Positions 1-10,427 of a DNA stretch of 64,000 nt are shown here, in pieces. This DNA comes from an uncultured Bacilli bacterium (GTDB lineage: Bacteria; Bacillota_I; Bacilli_A; RF39; UBA660). Every line of letters begins with the position of its first letter. Within the stretch, counting starts at the first letter, position 1. The position numbers were made by a program, and so were the translations under genes. The stretch is taken from contig CALVJW010000003.1 in the NCBI GenBank assembly GCA_944332435.1, forward strand, positions 1,022 through 65,021, in the 5' to 3' direction. Under the pieces are notes generated by a model. It was not told where the DNA came from, ran no database searches, and was given only the letters and a program-made list of their open reading frames with translations.

Positions 1-1395
1 AGAATCTATATAACAAGCTTGATGAAATAATGGTGGAAACAAGAGACTTAAATTCAGAAAGGAGTAAATAATGAAATCAGTATTAAGTGTTGATGTAGCT
101 AAAGGAAAAAGTATGATAATGTTATCTACTGAATATGGAGAAGTATTGATTGAACCTAAAGAGATAAAACATAATTTTCGTGATTTTAATGAATTAAAAG
201 ATAAAATTGAAAGTTTTAATTTAGAAGATTTAACTATTTTCATGGAATCAACAGGAATATATCATTTGCCAGTAGAAAGATATTTTAAAGAAAATAATTT
301 TAATACATTAGTAATTAATAGTTTAACGACCAAAAATAATTATGATACATTAAGGAAAACAAAAACTGATACAAAAGATTGTATGAGATTAGCTAAATTA
401 TTTTTCGTAAATGAAGTAGAATATCATGATTTGTCTAAAAAAGATTTATATGCTAATTTGAAAGCAATGACAAGACAATATTTTTATCTAACTCAATTAA
501 ATGTGAGTTGTAAAAATAGATATAAAAGACTTATAAATATATGTTTTCCAGAATTTGAAGAAATATTTAAAGGCAGCAGAATATATGAAGAAACAGCATT
601 AAACTTTATTAAAACCTTTCCTCATGCTTATATAGTAAAAGAAAAAAGAATAGATGCATTATACAATAATTTGTATAAAACTAATTCTAGACATGATTAT
701 TATTATAAGAGGTTAGCAAACAAAATCAAAGATATAGCAGTTAATTCATATCCAGGTGTCGATAAAGATCATTCGGATGTAAAGAACTTATCTGATATGG
801 CTGCTATTTTACAAGAGAATATTAAGACAATAAATGAATTAAAAGAAAAGATGATAAAAACTGCAAAAGAGTCACCTTACTTCGATATAATTAATTCTTT
901 TTACGGGATAGGAGAAGTATTAACAACCGAATTATTAGGTGAATTAGGTGATATAACAAGATTTGATAATCATAGACAATTAATTGCTTTCTGTGGTTTA
1001 GATCCAACAATAATTCAATCTGGGAAAAGTATAAACGTGCATGGAACTATTTCTAAACGTGGAAATAAATATGCAAGATGGATATTATTTAATATTAGTC
1101 AAATAGTAGTTAAGTTAGGGCATCAATGTCCTGGACACCCCGTATATGATTATTATTTAACAAAAAAAGCAGAAGGTAAACATTATTATGAAAACCTAAC
1201 TGCTTGCTCTACAAAAATATTAAGAATGTTATATACAATGTGCAAAAATAATACAACATTCAAAATAAATTAACAAATTAATTTTAACATATATATAATT
1301 ACATTACACGAAAAAAATTAAAAAAACGCATATTTTCGTGTTTTTAGTCGTGGTATAATATTAATATAAATTTAGTGTTGACAAAACTTAGATAG
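1..1395 (+). mobile_element. IS110-family insertion sequence; left end lies off-window and the right end is approximate
   Basis: Contains the IS110-type recombinase ORF. It is followed by about 120-200 nt of non-coding tail with hairpins and an outward-facing TTGACA at 1378-1383. No terminal inverted repeats are expected for this family, so the boundaries are not determinable here. Confidence 0.5.
71..1273 (+). CDS. IS110 family transposase/recombinase
   Basis: 400 aa. The N-terminus (LSVDVAKGKS ... FMESTGIYH) fits a DEDD RuvC-like domain. The C-terminus has a helix-hairpin-helix (GIGEVLTTELLGELGDITRF) and DPTIIQSGKS...SKRGNKYAR, typical of the IS110/IS116/IS902 transposase domain. RBS aaaggag lies upstream. 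Confidence 0.9.
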   Translation: MKSVLSVDVAKGKSMIMLSTEYGEVLIEPKEIKHNFRDFNELKDKIESFNLEDLTIFMESTGIYHLPVERYFKENNFNTLVINSLTTKNNYDTLRKTKTDTKDCMRLAKLFFVNEVEYHDLSKKDLYANLKAMTRQYFYLTQLNVSCKNRYKRLINICFPEFEEIFKGSRIYEETALNFIKTFPHAYIVKEKRIDALYNNLYKTNSRHDYYYKRLANKIKDIAVNSYPGVDKDHSDVKNLSDMAAILQENIKTINELKEKMIKTAKESPYFDIINSFYGIGEVLTTELLGELGDITRFDNHRQLIAFCGLDPTIIQSGKSINVHGTISKRGNKYARWILFNISQIVVKLGHQCPGHPVYDYYLTKKAEGKHYYENLTACSTKILRMLYTMCKNNTTFKIN

Positions 1396-1484
1396 TCAAT
1401 TTATAGAGTAGATTAATGTCTACTTTTTCTTTTGATTAAAAAGTATGATATAATGAAATAGATTTGAAGTAAGGAAGTGATTCT

Positions 1485-2381
1485 ATGGCAAATGAAGAAA
1501 AGGGGTTCCAAAAAGGAAGTATTAACTGGTACCCAGGTCATATGGCTAAAGCAAAAAGACTTATGAAAGAGAAATTACCTCTTATTGATGTTGTATATGA
1601 AGTAATTGATGCACGAATGCCATATTCATCTAAAATCAAAGATTTAGATGATATTATAAAGCAGAAACCACGAATTTTAATTATGACAAAAATGGATTTA
1701 TGTGATAAGAAAGAAACAAATAAATGGATTACTCATTATGAACAAAACGGATATCATGTTGTATGTGTTGATTTAACAACGGGAAAAGGAATTAATGAAT
1801 TATTAAAAAAGACCGAAGAGATTATGACTGAAAAAAATCAACAAGCATTAGAAAAAGGAATGAAAAAAAGGAGAACAAGAATTTTAATTGTAGGAATTCC
1901 AAACGTTGGAAAAAGTACCTTAATTAATCGCTTGGTAGGAAAGAAAGCTGTTAACGTTGGAAATAAGCCAGGGGTTACAAAATCTCTTGATTGGATTCGT
2001 ATTAATGAAAATTTAGAACTTTTAGATACTCCAGGTATCTTATGGCCGAAATTAGATGAAGAAACAGTTGCTTTTAATCTTGCAAGTTTAACAGCAATCA
2101 AAGAAGAAGTATTACCAATTTATGATGTCGTTGTGTATATTATTAAAATGTTATATGAGTATTACCCAAGCAAATTAGAAGAACGTTTTAAAATCACTTC
2201 TATTGATGAAGAAGATATGGTATTAACACTTGATGAGATTGGAAAACGACGTGGATGTATGATAAAAGGTGGAGAAATTGATTACGATAGAGTAATGTCA
2301 CTTATTATGAATGATGTAAAAAATGGTATGATAAAAGAAATTACGTTTGATAGATTTGAGGAGTTAACATATGGATCATAA
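1485..2381 (+). CDS. rbgA: ribosome biogenesis GTPase A (YlqF/RbgA)
   Basis: NWYPGHMAKAKR signature, circularly permuted GTPase motifs (TKMDL ... GIPNVGKSTLINRL ... DTPGILWPK), and length about 298 aa. Confidence 0.9.
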   Translation: MANEEKGFQKGSINWYPGHMAKAKRLMKEKLPLIDVVYEVIDARMPYSSKIKDLDDIIKQKPRILIMTKMDLCDKKETNKWITHYEQNGYHVVCVDLTTGKGINELLKKTEEIMTEKNQQALEKGMKKRRTRILIVGIPNVGKSTLINRLVGKKAVNVGNKPGVTKSLDWIRINENLELLDTPGILWPKLDEETVAFNLASLTAIKEEVLPIYDVVVYIIKMLYEYYPSKLEERFKITSIDEEDMVLTLDEIGKRRGCMIKGGEIDYDRVMSLIMNDVKNGMIKEITFDRFEELTYGS

Positions 2382-2802
2382 CATGAATTCTTTAGTACTT
2401 GCTTATTTAGGTGATAGTATTTATGAAATATTAATTCGTGAATATTTAATTTATCAAAATATTTGTAAAGTAGATGAACTTCAAAAAGAGGCAGTCAAAT
2501 ATGTAAGTGCGAAAGCACAAAGTAATTTTTTAAAAGAATTAGAAGAAAATAACTTATTAACAGAAGAAGAAATAAACATTGTAAAAAGAGCACGTAATCA
2601 TAAGGGAAGTAGGCATCCAAAAAATACAGATATCGTAACTTATAAACGATCTACTGGATTAGAAGCTTTATTTGGATATCATTATTTAAATGGAAATTTT
2701 GAAAGAATCAAAGAATTAATTACAAAAATGATAGGAGAAGATTATGTATATATATGGGAAAAATGTTGCACTAGAGACAATAGAAACAAAAAAGAAAATT
2801 AA
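2371..2802 (+). CDS. mrnC: Mini-ribonuclease 3
   Basis: The N-terminal LAYLGDSIYEILIREYL motif and about 140 aa length match Mini-RNase III. It has the conserved position upstream of rlmB. The 3' end overlaps the rlmB start by 59 nt. Confidence 0.8.
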   Translation: MDHNMNSLVLAYLGDSIYEILIREYLIYQNICKVDELQKEAVKYVSAKAQSNFLKELEENNLLTEEEINIVKRARNHKGSRHPKNTDIVTYKRSTGLEALFGYHYLNGNFERIKELITKMIGEDYVYIWEKCCTRDNRNKKEN

Positions 2803-3439
2803 TCGTATTTTCTTAAGTCAAAATTTTAAAGATCAAGAAGTATTACAGGCGATTAGAAAAATACCAGTAGAAGTGAAATACTTAGATAAAAAAGGTATGG
2901 ACAGACTAGTAAAAGGAAATCATCAAGGAATCATTTTATCGGTACCAGATTTTCAGTATGATAATTTAGATGATTTATTAGTAGAGGAAAATCCATTATT
3001 AGTTATCTTAGATCACATTGAGGATCCACATAATTTAGGTGCGATTATTCGTACTTGTGAAGCAGCAGGAGTAGATGGGATTATTCTTCCAAAAGATCGA
3101 TCTGTTAGTGTGAATCCAACGGTCATTAAAGTTAGTACTGGTGCTATTGATTATATGAAGATTGCTCAAGTTACCAATTTGAATCAAACCATCCGTTATT
3201 TAAAAAAAGAAGGATTTTGGATTGTAGGAACTGATATGAATGGACAAGATTATAGTGAAATTGATTACTCAGGAAAATGTGCAATCGTAATTGGAAATGA
3301 AGGAGAAGGACTTGCACGTATGGTAAGAGAAAATTGCGATTTTATCGCAAGTATTCCTATGAAGGGGAAAACAAATAGTTTAAATGCATCAGTAGCAGCA
3401 GGAATTGTTATTTATGAAGCAATTAAACTTAGAAAGTAG
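2744..3439 (+). CDS. rlmB: 23S rRNA (guanosine-2'-O)-methyltransferase, SpoU/TrmH family (RlmB/YacO-like)
   Basis: IYGKNVALE N-terminus and SpoU methylase motifs (DHIEDPHNLGAIIRTCEAAG, VIGNEGEGL, SLNASVAAGIVIYE). Confidence 0.85.
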   Translation: MYIYGKNVALETIETKKKINRIFLSQNFKDQEVLQAIRKIPVEVKYLDKKGMDRLVKGNHQGIILSVPDFQYDNLDDLLVEENPLLVILDHIEDPHNLGAIIRTCEAAGVDGIILPKDRSVSVNPTVIKVSTGAIDYMKIAQVTNLNQTIRYLKKEGFWIVGTDMNGQDYSEIDYSGKCAIVIGNEGEGLARMVRENCDFIASIPMKGKTNSLNASVAAGIVIYEAIKLRK

Positions 3440-3444
3440 GAAAT

Positions 3445-4074
3445 ATGAACTATAAAGAATATAATGATTATGAACTAGTAAATTATGCGGTTAGTGATCA
3501 TAATGAAGATGCTATGGAATTGCTTTATCAAAAATATCAACCAATGATTATTTCTTATGCAAAAAAAATGATTCCTTTTTGTAGTCAAGGAGGAATTGAA
3601 TTAAATGATTTGATTCAAGAAGGATTAATTGGATTAAATAGTGCAATAGAGCATTTTAATGAACAAAAAGATATTACCTTTTATACTTTTGCTCGTACTT
3701 GTGTAGAACGAAGAATGATTAGTACAGTAATAAGTACAAGAAGGTTAAAACATAAGATTTTAAACGAATCTGTTCCCTTTGAAACGAAAGGGGAGAATGA
3801 TGAGCCCATCTATGCAGATTACTTATTAAAGGATGAAACATCTGATCCAGAATACGTACTATTAAATAATGAAAGAGTACAAATTTTAAAAGAATTAATT
3901 CATGATGAATTAACCGATTTTGAATTACAAGTATTTGAACTAAAAATGAATCATTTTACTTATGAAGAGATTGCCAGTATCTTAGATAAAAATATTAAAT
4001 CGGTTGATAATGCATTACAACGAATAAAGGGAAAGATAAAAAAGATTTTAGTTAATTTAGATGAAAAAGAATAG
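3445..4074 (+). CDS. sigH: RNA polymerase sigma factor, SigH-like
   Basis: Sigma-70 region 2 (DLIQEGLIGLNSAIEHF...TFYTFARTCVERRMIS) and region 4 (YEEIASILDKNIKSVDNALQRIKGKIKK) closely resemble Bacillus SigH. It follows mrnC-rlmB, as in Bacillus. Confidence 0.8.
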   Translation: MNYKEYNDYELVNYAVSDHNEDAMELLYQKYQPMIISYAKKMIPFCSQGGIELNDLIQEGLIGLNSAIEHFNEQKDITFYTFARTCVERRMISTVISTRRLKHKILNESVPFETKGENDEPIYADYLLKDETSDPEYVLLNNERVQILKELIHDELTDFELQVFELKMNHFTYEEIASILDKNIKSVDNALQRIKGKIKKILVNLDEKE

Positions 4075-4097
4075 TTGATTAGATAAATGTTATTTCA

Positions 4098-4125
4098 AAA
4101 GATACATATACATTATGTATCTTTT
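4098..4125 (+). terminator. rho-independent terminator after sigH
   Basis: Hairpin aaagatacata / tatgtatcttt followed by a T-rich tract. Confidence 0.6.
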
Positions 4126-4195
4126 GTGTTTTTATAAAACTATGATACAATGTATAAAGTGATAAATTTATAATAAAATGAATTGGAGGATTGTT

Positions 4196-7100
4196 ATGCA
4201 AAAATTAGTAATGGATGGAAATGAAGCAGTAAGTAGAATTGCTTATTTGTTTACGGAATTATCTAGTATTTATCCGATTACGCCTTCTAGTCCAATGGCT
4301 GAACATACGGAAGTTTTTGCTTCTAATCATATGAAAAACTTATGGGATGATGAAGTGCAAGTAGTAGAGATGCAAAGTGAAGCTGGAGCAGCAGGAGTTC
4401 TTCATGGGGCATTACAAGCAGGAACCCTTGCTACCACTTTTACAGCAAGTCAAGGGTTGTTATTAATGATACCCAATATGTATAAGATGGCTGGAGAAAT
4501 GTTACCATGTGTCATGCATGTTGCCGCTCGAAGCTTATCTACACATGCACTTAGTATTTTAGGAGATCACCAAGATATTTATGCAACAAGAATGACTGGA
4601 TTTAATATGCTATCATCATCCTCTGTAGAAGAAGCAGGAGATATGGCCGCAATCGCCCATTTAACAGCAATTCATACAAGTCTTCCATTTCTTCATTTTT
4701 TTGATGGATTTCGTACAAGTCATGAATTAAATACGATTTCTTTATTAGAAAAAGAAGATATTGCACCACTTGTAAATCAAGAAGCTGTTAAAAAATTTCG
4801 AACACGTTCTTTATTCAAAACACCATTTACAGTAGGCACCAATCAAAATGACGATGTTTATTTTCAAATGATGGAAACTAAAAATAAATTTTATGATCAA
4901 GTACCAGATATTGTAAATCAATATATGGAAAAAATTAATGCTATAAAGGGGACAAATTATAAACCATTTACTTACTATGGAAGCAGTGTTGCAAAACACG
5001 TTATCATTGCCATGGGCTCTGTTTGTGAAACAATAAAAGAAACAATTGATGTATTAAATAAAACTGGTTATCAAGTTGGACTTGTAACAGTTCATTTATA
5101 TCGTCCATTTAGTCCAAAATATTTAAAAGAAGTATTACCGGTTACAGTAGAAAGAGTTGCTGTATTAGATCGAACAAAAGAAAATGGAAGTATTGGAGAA
5201 CCATTATACTTAGATGTAAAAAGTATTTTAACGGATATAGAAGTGTATGGTGGAAGATATGGTCTATCTAGTAAGAATACAACACCAGCTTGTATGAAAG
5301 CTGTATATGATTTTCTAAAAGAGAAACCAGTTCATAATTTTACAGTAGGAATTCATGATGATGTAACCAATTTAAGTTTACCAATCGATGATACGTTTAA
5401 ACTAGAAAATAGTAAAGAAATTTTAATTTATGGATATGGTAGTGATGGAATGATTAGCGCTTCTAAATCATTAATTAAAATGATTGGTAACATTACAAAT
5501 CAATATGTTCAAGGATATTTTCAATATGATTCAAAAAAATCCGGAGGCGTTACGATTAGTCATTTACGAGTTTCTGATAAACAAATTCATTCAACATATT
5601 ATGTAGAAAACCCAGCTTTTGTAATAGTATCAAAAGATACTTATTTGTTAGATTTTGAATGTTTTGAACAAATCAAAGAAAATGGAATGATATTAATTAA
5701 TACATCAAAAACGGAAGAAGAATTAAACCGTTATATGACAACACATGATAAAGAAATTTTAGTGTCTAGAAAGATTCAGGTGTATACGATTGATGCTTAC
5801 AAGTTAGCAAAAGAATTGGGACTGAAAAATAAAATTAGTATGATTATGGAAAGTGCAATGATGTACTTACTGAAATTAGACTACGAACAAGCTAAAGAAC
5901 AATTAGTACAATATATTCAGAAGAAGTTTATAAAAAAGGGTGAAGAAGTAATTAGTGCTAATATTGCATCGTTAGATCAGGCGATTTCTTATTTAAAAGA
6001 AATAACAATAAGAAAAGATGATAGTGAATTATTAGAATTAAAACAAGATTCTCTTCTTTCTATGATGCATAAACGAAAAGGGGATTTGTTACCAACCAGT
6101 GCTTTCATGAAGCAACCAGATGGGCGATTTTACTATCATCAAGAACAAGTAGTAACACGAGCAATCGCAACAACTGTACCGAGATGGATTTTAGAAAACT
6201 GTATTAGTTGTAACCAATGTTCTTTCGTTTGTCCACATAGTGTGATTCGACCATTTTTACTATCAGAAGAAGAATATCAAAAAGCACCAGAATGGATCAA
6301 AAATCGTGTTAAAAAAGCAATGGGACCAGGATTAGATGGTTATTATTATACGATTGCTATGTCAATCAAAGATTGTACGGGATGTGGGCTTTGTATTAAA
6401 ATTTGTCCAAGTATGAAAAAAGCATTAGAAAATCAACCGATTGAACAAGCTACGAAAGCCAAAGAACAAGAAATTTTTGATTATTTAAATGCCAATATTA
6501 CTGAAAAAGAAGTTGGAAATAAATATACGATTAAAAATAGTCAATTTAAAAAACCAAAGTTTGAATTTTGTGGAGCTTGTGCTGGATGTGGTGAAACAGC
6601 ATATATTAAATTATTGACACAATTATTTGGTGATCAATTAGTAATAGCAAATGCTACTGGATGTTCTTCTATTTATGGAGCAAGTGTACCATCACTTCCA
6701 TACCAAGTATCATGGGCATCATCGTTATTTGAAGATAATGCAGAATTTGGTTATGGAATGGTACTAGCAAATGAATTAAGAGAGAAGAAAGTTAGAAAAA
6801 TAGTAGAAAATTATCAAGATGAAGCATTACTTGCATCTTGGTTAGAACATTCTCATGAAATAGATAAAACAAAAGAAATTTATCAAGCTTTAAAAGAAAA
6901 ATCATTACCAAAACCGTTAGAAGATGTAAAAAAAGATTTATTAGCTAAAACAATTTGGTGTATTGGTGGAGATGGATGGGCTTATGATATTGGATATGGT
7001 GGAATTGACCATGTTCTAGCAAGTAAAGATAATATTAATATTCTAGTATTAGATACAGAAGTATATTCTAATACTGGTGGTCAATCTTCTAAATCAAGTC

Positions 7101-7594
7101 CCAAAGGAACGATTGCTTCTTTTACAACAAAAGGAAAAACAAATGCGAAAAAAGATTTAGCTGCGATTGCAATGATGTATCCTCATACTTATGTAGCACA
7201 AGTATCACTGGGTGGAAATATGCAACAAGTAATTAAAGTGATGAAAGAAGCAGCTAATTATCCAGGTCCATCTATTATTATTGCTTATGCACCATGTATT
7301 TCTCACGGAATAAAAGGTGGAATGGTAAATAGTCTAGACAGCTCTAAATTAGCAGTTCAATGTGGATATTATCCAATTTTTCATCGTAATCCAGAAACAA
7401 AAGAATTTATTTTAGACTATAAAAAAGCAAATTTTGATTTATATGAAGATTATTTAAATACACAAACAAGATATCAAATGTTATCGGTTGTAAATCCAGA
7501 GAAAGCCAAAGAATTATTAGAAAGTAATAAAGAGGATGCAATACGTAGATTTAAGTATTACGAATCTTTAGAAAATAACAATAAAACAAGCTAG
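4196..7594 (+). CDS. nifJ: pyruvate:ferredoxin (flavodoxin) oxidoreductase
   Basis: About 1130 aa. Two 4Fe-4S ferredoxin motifs (CISCNQCSFVCP, CTGCGLCIKICP) and a TPP-binding GGDGWAYDIGYGG. The start was moved to the ATG at 4196, which sits behind RBS ggagga. Confidence 0.92.
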   Translation: MQKLVMDGNEAVSRIAYLFTELSSIYPITPSSPMAEHTEVFASNHMKNLWDDEVQVVEMQSEAGAAGVLHGALQAGTLATTFTASQGLLLMIPNMYKMAGEMLPCVMHVAARSLSTHALSILGDHQDIYATRMTGFNMLSSSSVEEAGDMAAIAHLTAIHTSLPFLHFFDGFRTSHELNTISLLEKEDIAPLVNQEAVKKFRTRSLFKTPFTVGTNQNDDVYFQMMETKNKFYDQVPDIVNQYMEKINAIKGTNYKPFTYYGSSVAKHVIIAMGSVCETIKETIDVLNKTGYQVGLVTVHLYRPFSPKYLKEVLPVTVERVAVLDRTKENGSIGEPLYLDVKSILTDIEVYGGRYGLSSKNTTPACMKAVYDFLKEKPVHNFTVGIHDDVTNLSLPIDDTFKLENSKEILIYGYGSDGMISASKSLIKMIGNITNQYVQGYFQYDSKKSGGVTISHLRVSDKQIHSTYYVENPAFVIVSKDTYLLDFECFEQIKENGMILINTSKTEEELNRYMTTHDKEILVSRKIQVYTIDAYKLAKELGLKNKISMIMESAMMYLLKLDYEQAKEQLVQYIQKKFIKKGEEVISANIASLDQAISYLKEITIRKDDSELLELKQDSLLSMMHKRKGDLLPTSAFMKQPDGRFYYHQEQVVTRAIATTVPRWILENCISCNQCSFVCPHSVIRPFLLSEEEYQKAPEWIKNRVKKAMGPGLDGYYYTIAMSIKDCTGCGLCIKICPSMKKALENQPIEQATKAKEQEIFDYLNANITEKEVGNKYTIKNSQFKKPKFEFCGACAGCGETAYIKLLTQLFGDQLVIANATGCSSIYGASVPSLPYQVSWASSLFEDNAEFGYGMVLANELREKKVRKIVENYQDEALLASWLEHSHEIDKTKEIYQALKEKSLPKPLEDVKKDLLAKTIWCIGGDGWAYDIGYGGIDHVLASKDNINILVLDTEVYSNTGGQSSKSSPKGTIASFTTKGKTNAKKDLAAIAMMYPHTYVAQVSLGGNMQQVIKVMKEAANYPGPSIIIAYAPCISHGIKGGMVNSLDSSKLAVQCGYYPIFHRNPETKEFILDYKKANFDLYEDYLNTQTRYQMLSVVNPEKAKELLESNKEDAIRRFKYYESLENNNKTS

Positions 7595-7606
7595 ATTGCT
7601 TGTTTT
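7583..7606. terminator. bidirectional hairpin shared by convergent nifJ and sspI
   Basis: Stem aaaacaagc / gcttgtttt flanked by A and T runs. It overlaps both stop codons. Confidence 0.55.
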
Positions 7607-7794
7607 ATTGTTTCTAAAATTTGATTTTGTAACTTTTGATTACTATGTTGCCATAATAGTTCAAAAAAGACACCAAGTCCCGGAAGCGTAATTTCCTCTT
7701 TATCCGCTAAAGAATCTTCAATTGATTGTCTCATTTCTTCAATGCTAGTATTTTTAAAATTTTGTCGAATATTGTTTCTAATATCAATCATCAT
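7591..7794 (-). CDS. sspI: small acid-soluble spore protein I
   Basis: 67 aa. The core EEITLPGLGVFFELLWQHSN matches the SspI signature (EEKMLPGLGVLFEVIWQH in Bacillus). Confidence 0.75.
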   Translation of the reverse strand: MMIDIRNNIRQNFKNTSIEEMRQSIEDSLADKEEITLPGLGVFFELLWQHSNQKLQNQILETIKQAI

Positions 7795-7903
7795 AAAATC
7801 GTCCTTTCTATTTTATTTTGATAAAAAGAATAAAATATATTCATTTTATGGTATCTTTTTAAAATAATTTATTATATAATGAAGATAGATAGGAGGATGT
7901 TTT

Positions 7904-8467
7904 ATGAATGTAGGAACAATTATTTTGATTATCGTTGTTGTTCTTGTAGTTTTATTCATTGCATGGGTAGCAGGAACATATAACAAATTAGTGGGATTAA
8001 GAAATCGTGTAAAGGATCAATGGGCACAAGTAGATGTGGTTTTAAAAAGACGTGCGGATTTAATTCCTAATTTAGTAGAAACTGTAAAAGGGTATGCAAG
8101 TCATGAAAAAGAAACATTAGATGCCGTAATTAGCGCGCGTAATAAGGCTGTTAGTGCAACCACAACACATGATGAAATCGCGGCAAATGGGGAACTAACG
8201 CAAGCATTAGGAAGATTATTTGCACTTGCAGAAAGTTATCCAGATTTAAAAGCAAATACGAATTTTATGGAATTACAAAATTCATTAAATGAAACAGAAG
8301 ATAAAATTACATTTGCTCGCCAATTTTATAATGATACGGTTATGATGTATCAAAATAAATTAGAGATGTTTCCATCTAATATTGTGGCAAATATGTTTGG
8401 ATTTAAACAAGCAGAATTCTTTGAAGCGAGTGAAGCTGACAAAGAAGTACCAAAAGTACAATTTTAG
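7904..8467 (+). CDS. lemA: LemA family protein
   Basis: N-terminal TM segment plus YNKLVGLRNRV...W.QVDV.LKRR.DLIPNLVETVKGYA..E, the classical LemA sequence. Confidence 0.9.
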   Translation: MNVGTIILIIVVVLVVLFIAWVAGTYNKLVGLRNRVKDQWAQVDVVLKRRADLIPNLVETVKGYASHEKETLDAVISARNKAVSATTTHDEIAANGELTQALGRLFALAESYPDLKANTNFMELQNSLNETEDKITFARQFYNDTVMMYQNKLEMFPSNIVANMFGFKQAEFFEASEADKEVPKVQF

Positions 8468-8509
8468 GCTTACAGATGTAAGTCTTTTCTGTTTAATAAG
8501 GAGTGAATT

Positions 8510-10399
8510 ATGAAAAAATTTGATAAAATAATATTTACTTTATGCATGTTATTAATTCCGTTTGGTAATGTTGTGTTTGCTAGTGATAGTGGAATTAATA
8601 AATATTATATGGATGCCACGATAGAAAAAGATGGTAGTGTTCATGTCAAAGAATTATTTGATTTAAATGGTTCTTATAATGGATTTGAACGAATCATTGA
8701 AACAGAAAATACTACTGCTTCTAAGTTTGATGCTAAAGCAGATATGTATGGAGGAAGTAGTCTACATAATGCAAGTGATTTAAATTTGATTGCAATAAAA
8801 GGAATTCCTAAAAAAGATTTATCATTTTCTTCTTTCAGTGAAAAAGGAATCTTATTTCATTCTAGAAAAAATGGTGGAGATACCGACCAATATTATGAAG
8901 AAATGGGAAATCATTCTTCTCAGTATCGCTATCGTATTTACAATTCTAGTAACAATCAATTGGCTTTTTATTTAGAGTATCAATTACGTAATATGGCAAT
9001 TTTACACGATGATATTGCAGAATTAGGATGGAATATTTTCAGTGATAAATTAGTAGAAGATGTAGAGGAGTTTGAATTACTTATCCATTTACCAGGAAAT
9101 AAAAAGGAACTTCGAGCCTGGGCTCATGGACCTTTGAATGGTAATATTGAAGTGGTTGATCAAGAAACGGTAAAAGTTACTATTTCTGATTTAGCCAAAC
9201 AAACACCATTTGATGTTCGACTTGCATTTGATAAAGATGTGATAGCAAATAGTACAAAAGCAACTGGTGTTGTTGCTTTGGATAAAATTTTAAAATATGA
9301 ACAAGTAAAAGCGGACGAAGCGAATGCGTTACGAAAAGAAGCACGTATCAAATATTATGGAACAGCAATCTTATGTACTTTATGGTTGATAGGTTGGATA
9401 ATATTAATTATTTATACATATTTAAAACATGATAAAGAATATCAAAGTAAAATAAAAGTTTCATATTACCGTGAACTACCGAATACTTATGGACCTGAAA
9501 TAGTTGGGTATTTAATGCATCATCAAGTAAAACCCAATGATTTATCAGCTGCTATTATGAATTTGATTTCTAAAAAAGTAATTAAAGCAGAAAAAGTAAT
9601 GACAGGAAAAAAAGAAGATTATAAGTTAGTTTATCTTCCAGAAAATGTAGCCCAAACAGAGTTATCAGTTGGTGATACAAACCTCATTTATTGGTTATTC
9701 CATGAGCGAGAATCGTTATTATTATCTACTTTGAAAAAAGAAGCAAAAACAGATTATATTGATTTTTTAAAATCTTATGAAGCTTGGAAAGGAATTACGA
9801 TAAATAGTGGAGAAGAACAAAATTTTTTCTTAGTTAATACAAAGCCTAAAGTGATTTTAATTTTTTACAGCATTTTAGGAATAGTATGTGGTGTTTTAGC
9901 ATCTAATGTAACACTTCCAATTATGATTACCGTTGGTCTAATAATCTTAGGTATTTTTGGTATCATTTATGGTTGTTGTTATCAAAAGCGTACTCAATAT
10001 GGAAATGATGAGTTTGTAAAATGGCAAGCGTTTAAGAAATTTTTATTAGATTTTGGTAATTTTAGTGAAAAAGAACTACCGGAAATCGTGTTATGGGAAA
10101 AATATTTGGTGTATGCTGTAGCACTTGACTGTGCTGATAAGGTAGCAAAACAAATGGAACTAAAAGTAAAAGAGTTATCTACTGCTGATTATCAGACGGG
10201 TTATCCAACTTTTACCGATTTTTATGTAATTACCAGTTTAAATCGTTCTATTTCAAGTGGAGTATCTAGTGCAGTCAGCCAAGCAATCTCTACTAGAGCA
10301 ATGGCTCAATCGAATAATTCATCTGGTTCAGGATTTGGTGGAGGATTTTCTAGTGGTGGAGGATCCTTTGGTGGTGGAGGTGGCGGAGGCCGCTTCTAG
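8510..10399 (+). CDS. DUF2207-type membrane protein with Gly-rich C-terminus
   Basis: Signal peptide, internal TM segments, and a C-terminal SGSGFGGGFSSGGGSFGGGGGGGRF tail. It has the usual partnership immediately downstream of lemA. Confidence 0.75.
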   Translation: MKKFDKIIFTLCMLLIPFGNVVFASDSGINKYYMDATIEKDGSVHVKELFDLNGSYNGFERIIETENTTASKFDAKADMYGGSSLHNASDLNLIAIKGIPKKDLSFSSFSEKGILFHSRKNGGDTDQYYEEMGNHSSQYRYRIYNSSNNQLAFYLEYQLRNMAILHDDIAELGWNIFSDKLVEDVEEFELLIHLPGNKKELRAWAHGPLNGNIEVVDQETVKVTISDLAKQTPFDVRLAFDKDVIANSTKATGVVALDKILKYEQVKADEANALRKEARIKYYGTAILCTLWLIGWIILIIYTYLKHDKEYQSKIKVSYYRELPNTYGPEIVGYLMHHQVKPNDLSAAIMNLISKKVIKAEKVMTGKKEDYKLVYLPENVAQTELSVGDTNLIYWLFHERESLLLSTLKKEAKTDYIDFLKSYEAWKGITINSGEEQNFFLVNTKPKVILIFYSILGIVCGVLASNVTLPIMITVGLIILGIFGIIYGCCYQKRTQYGNDEFVKWQAFKKFLLDFGNFSEKELPEIVLWEKYLVYAVALDCADKVAKQMELKVKELSTADYQTGYPTFTDFYVITSLNRSISSGVSSAVSQAISTRAMAQSNNSSGSGFGGGFSSGGGSFGGGGGGGRF

Positions 10400-10427
10400 A
10401 AAAAAAGAGTTCAACTGTGAACTCTTT

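Noticed and set aside
3-71. Open frame at the extreme left edge (..NLYNKLDEIMVETRDLNSERSK*) ending at the IS110 start codon
   Set aside because: Only 22 codons are visible and the region is expected to be the non-coding left end of the IS. This is not enough evidence to call a gene.
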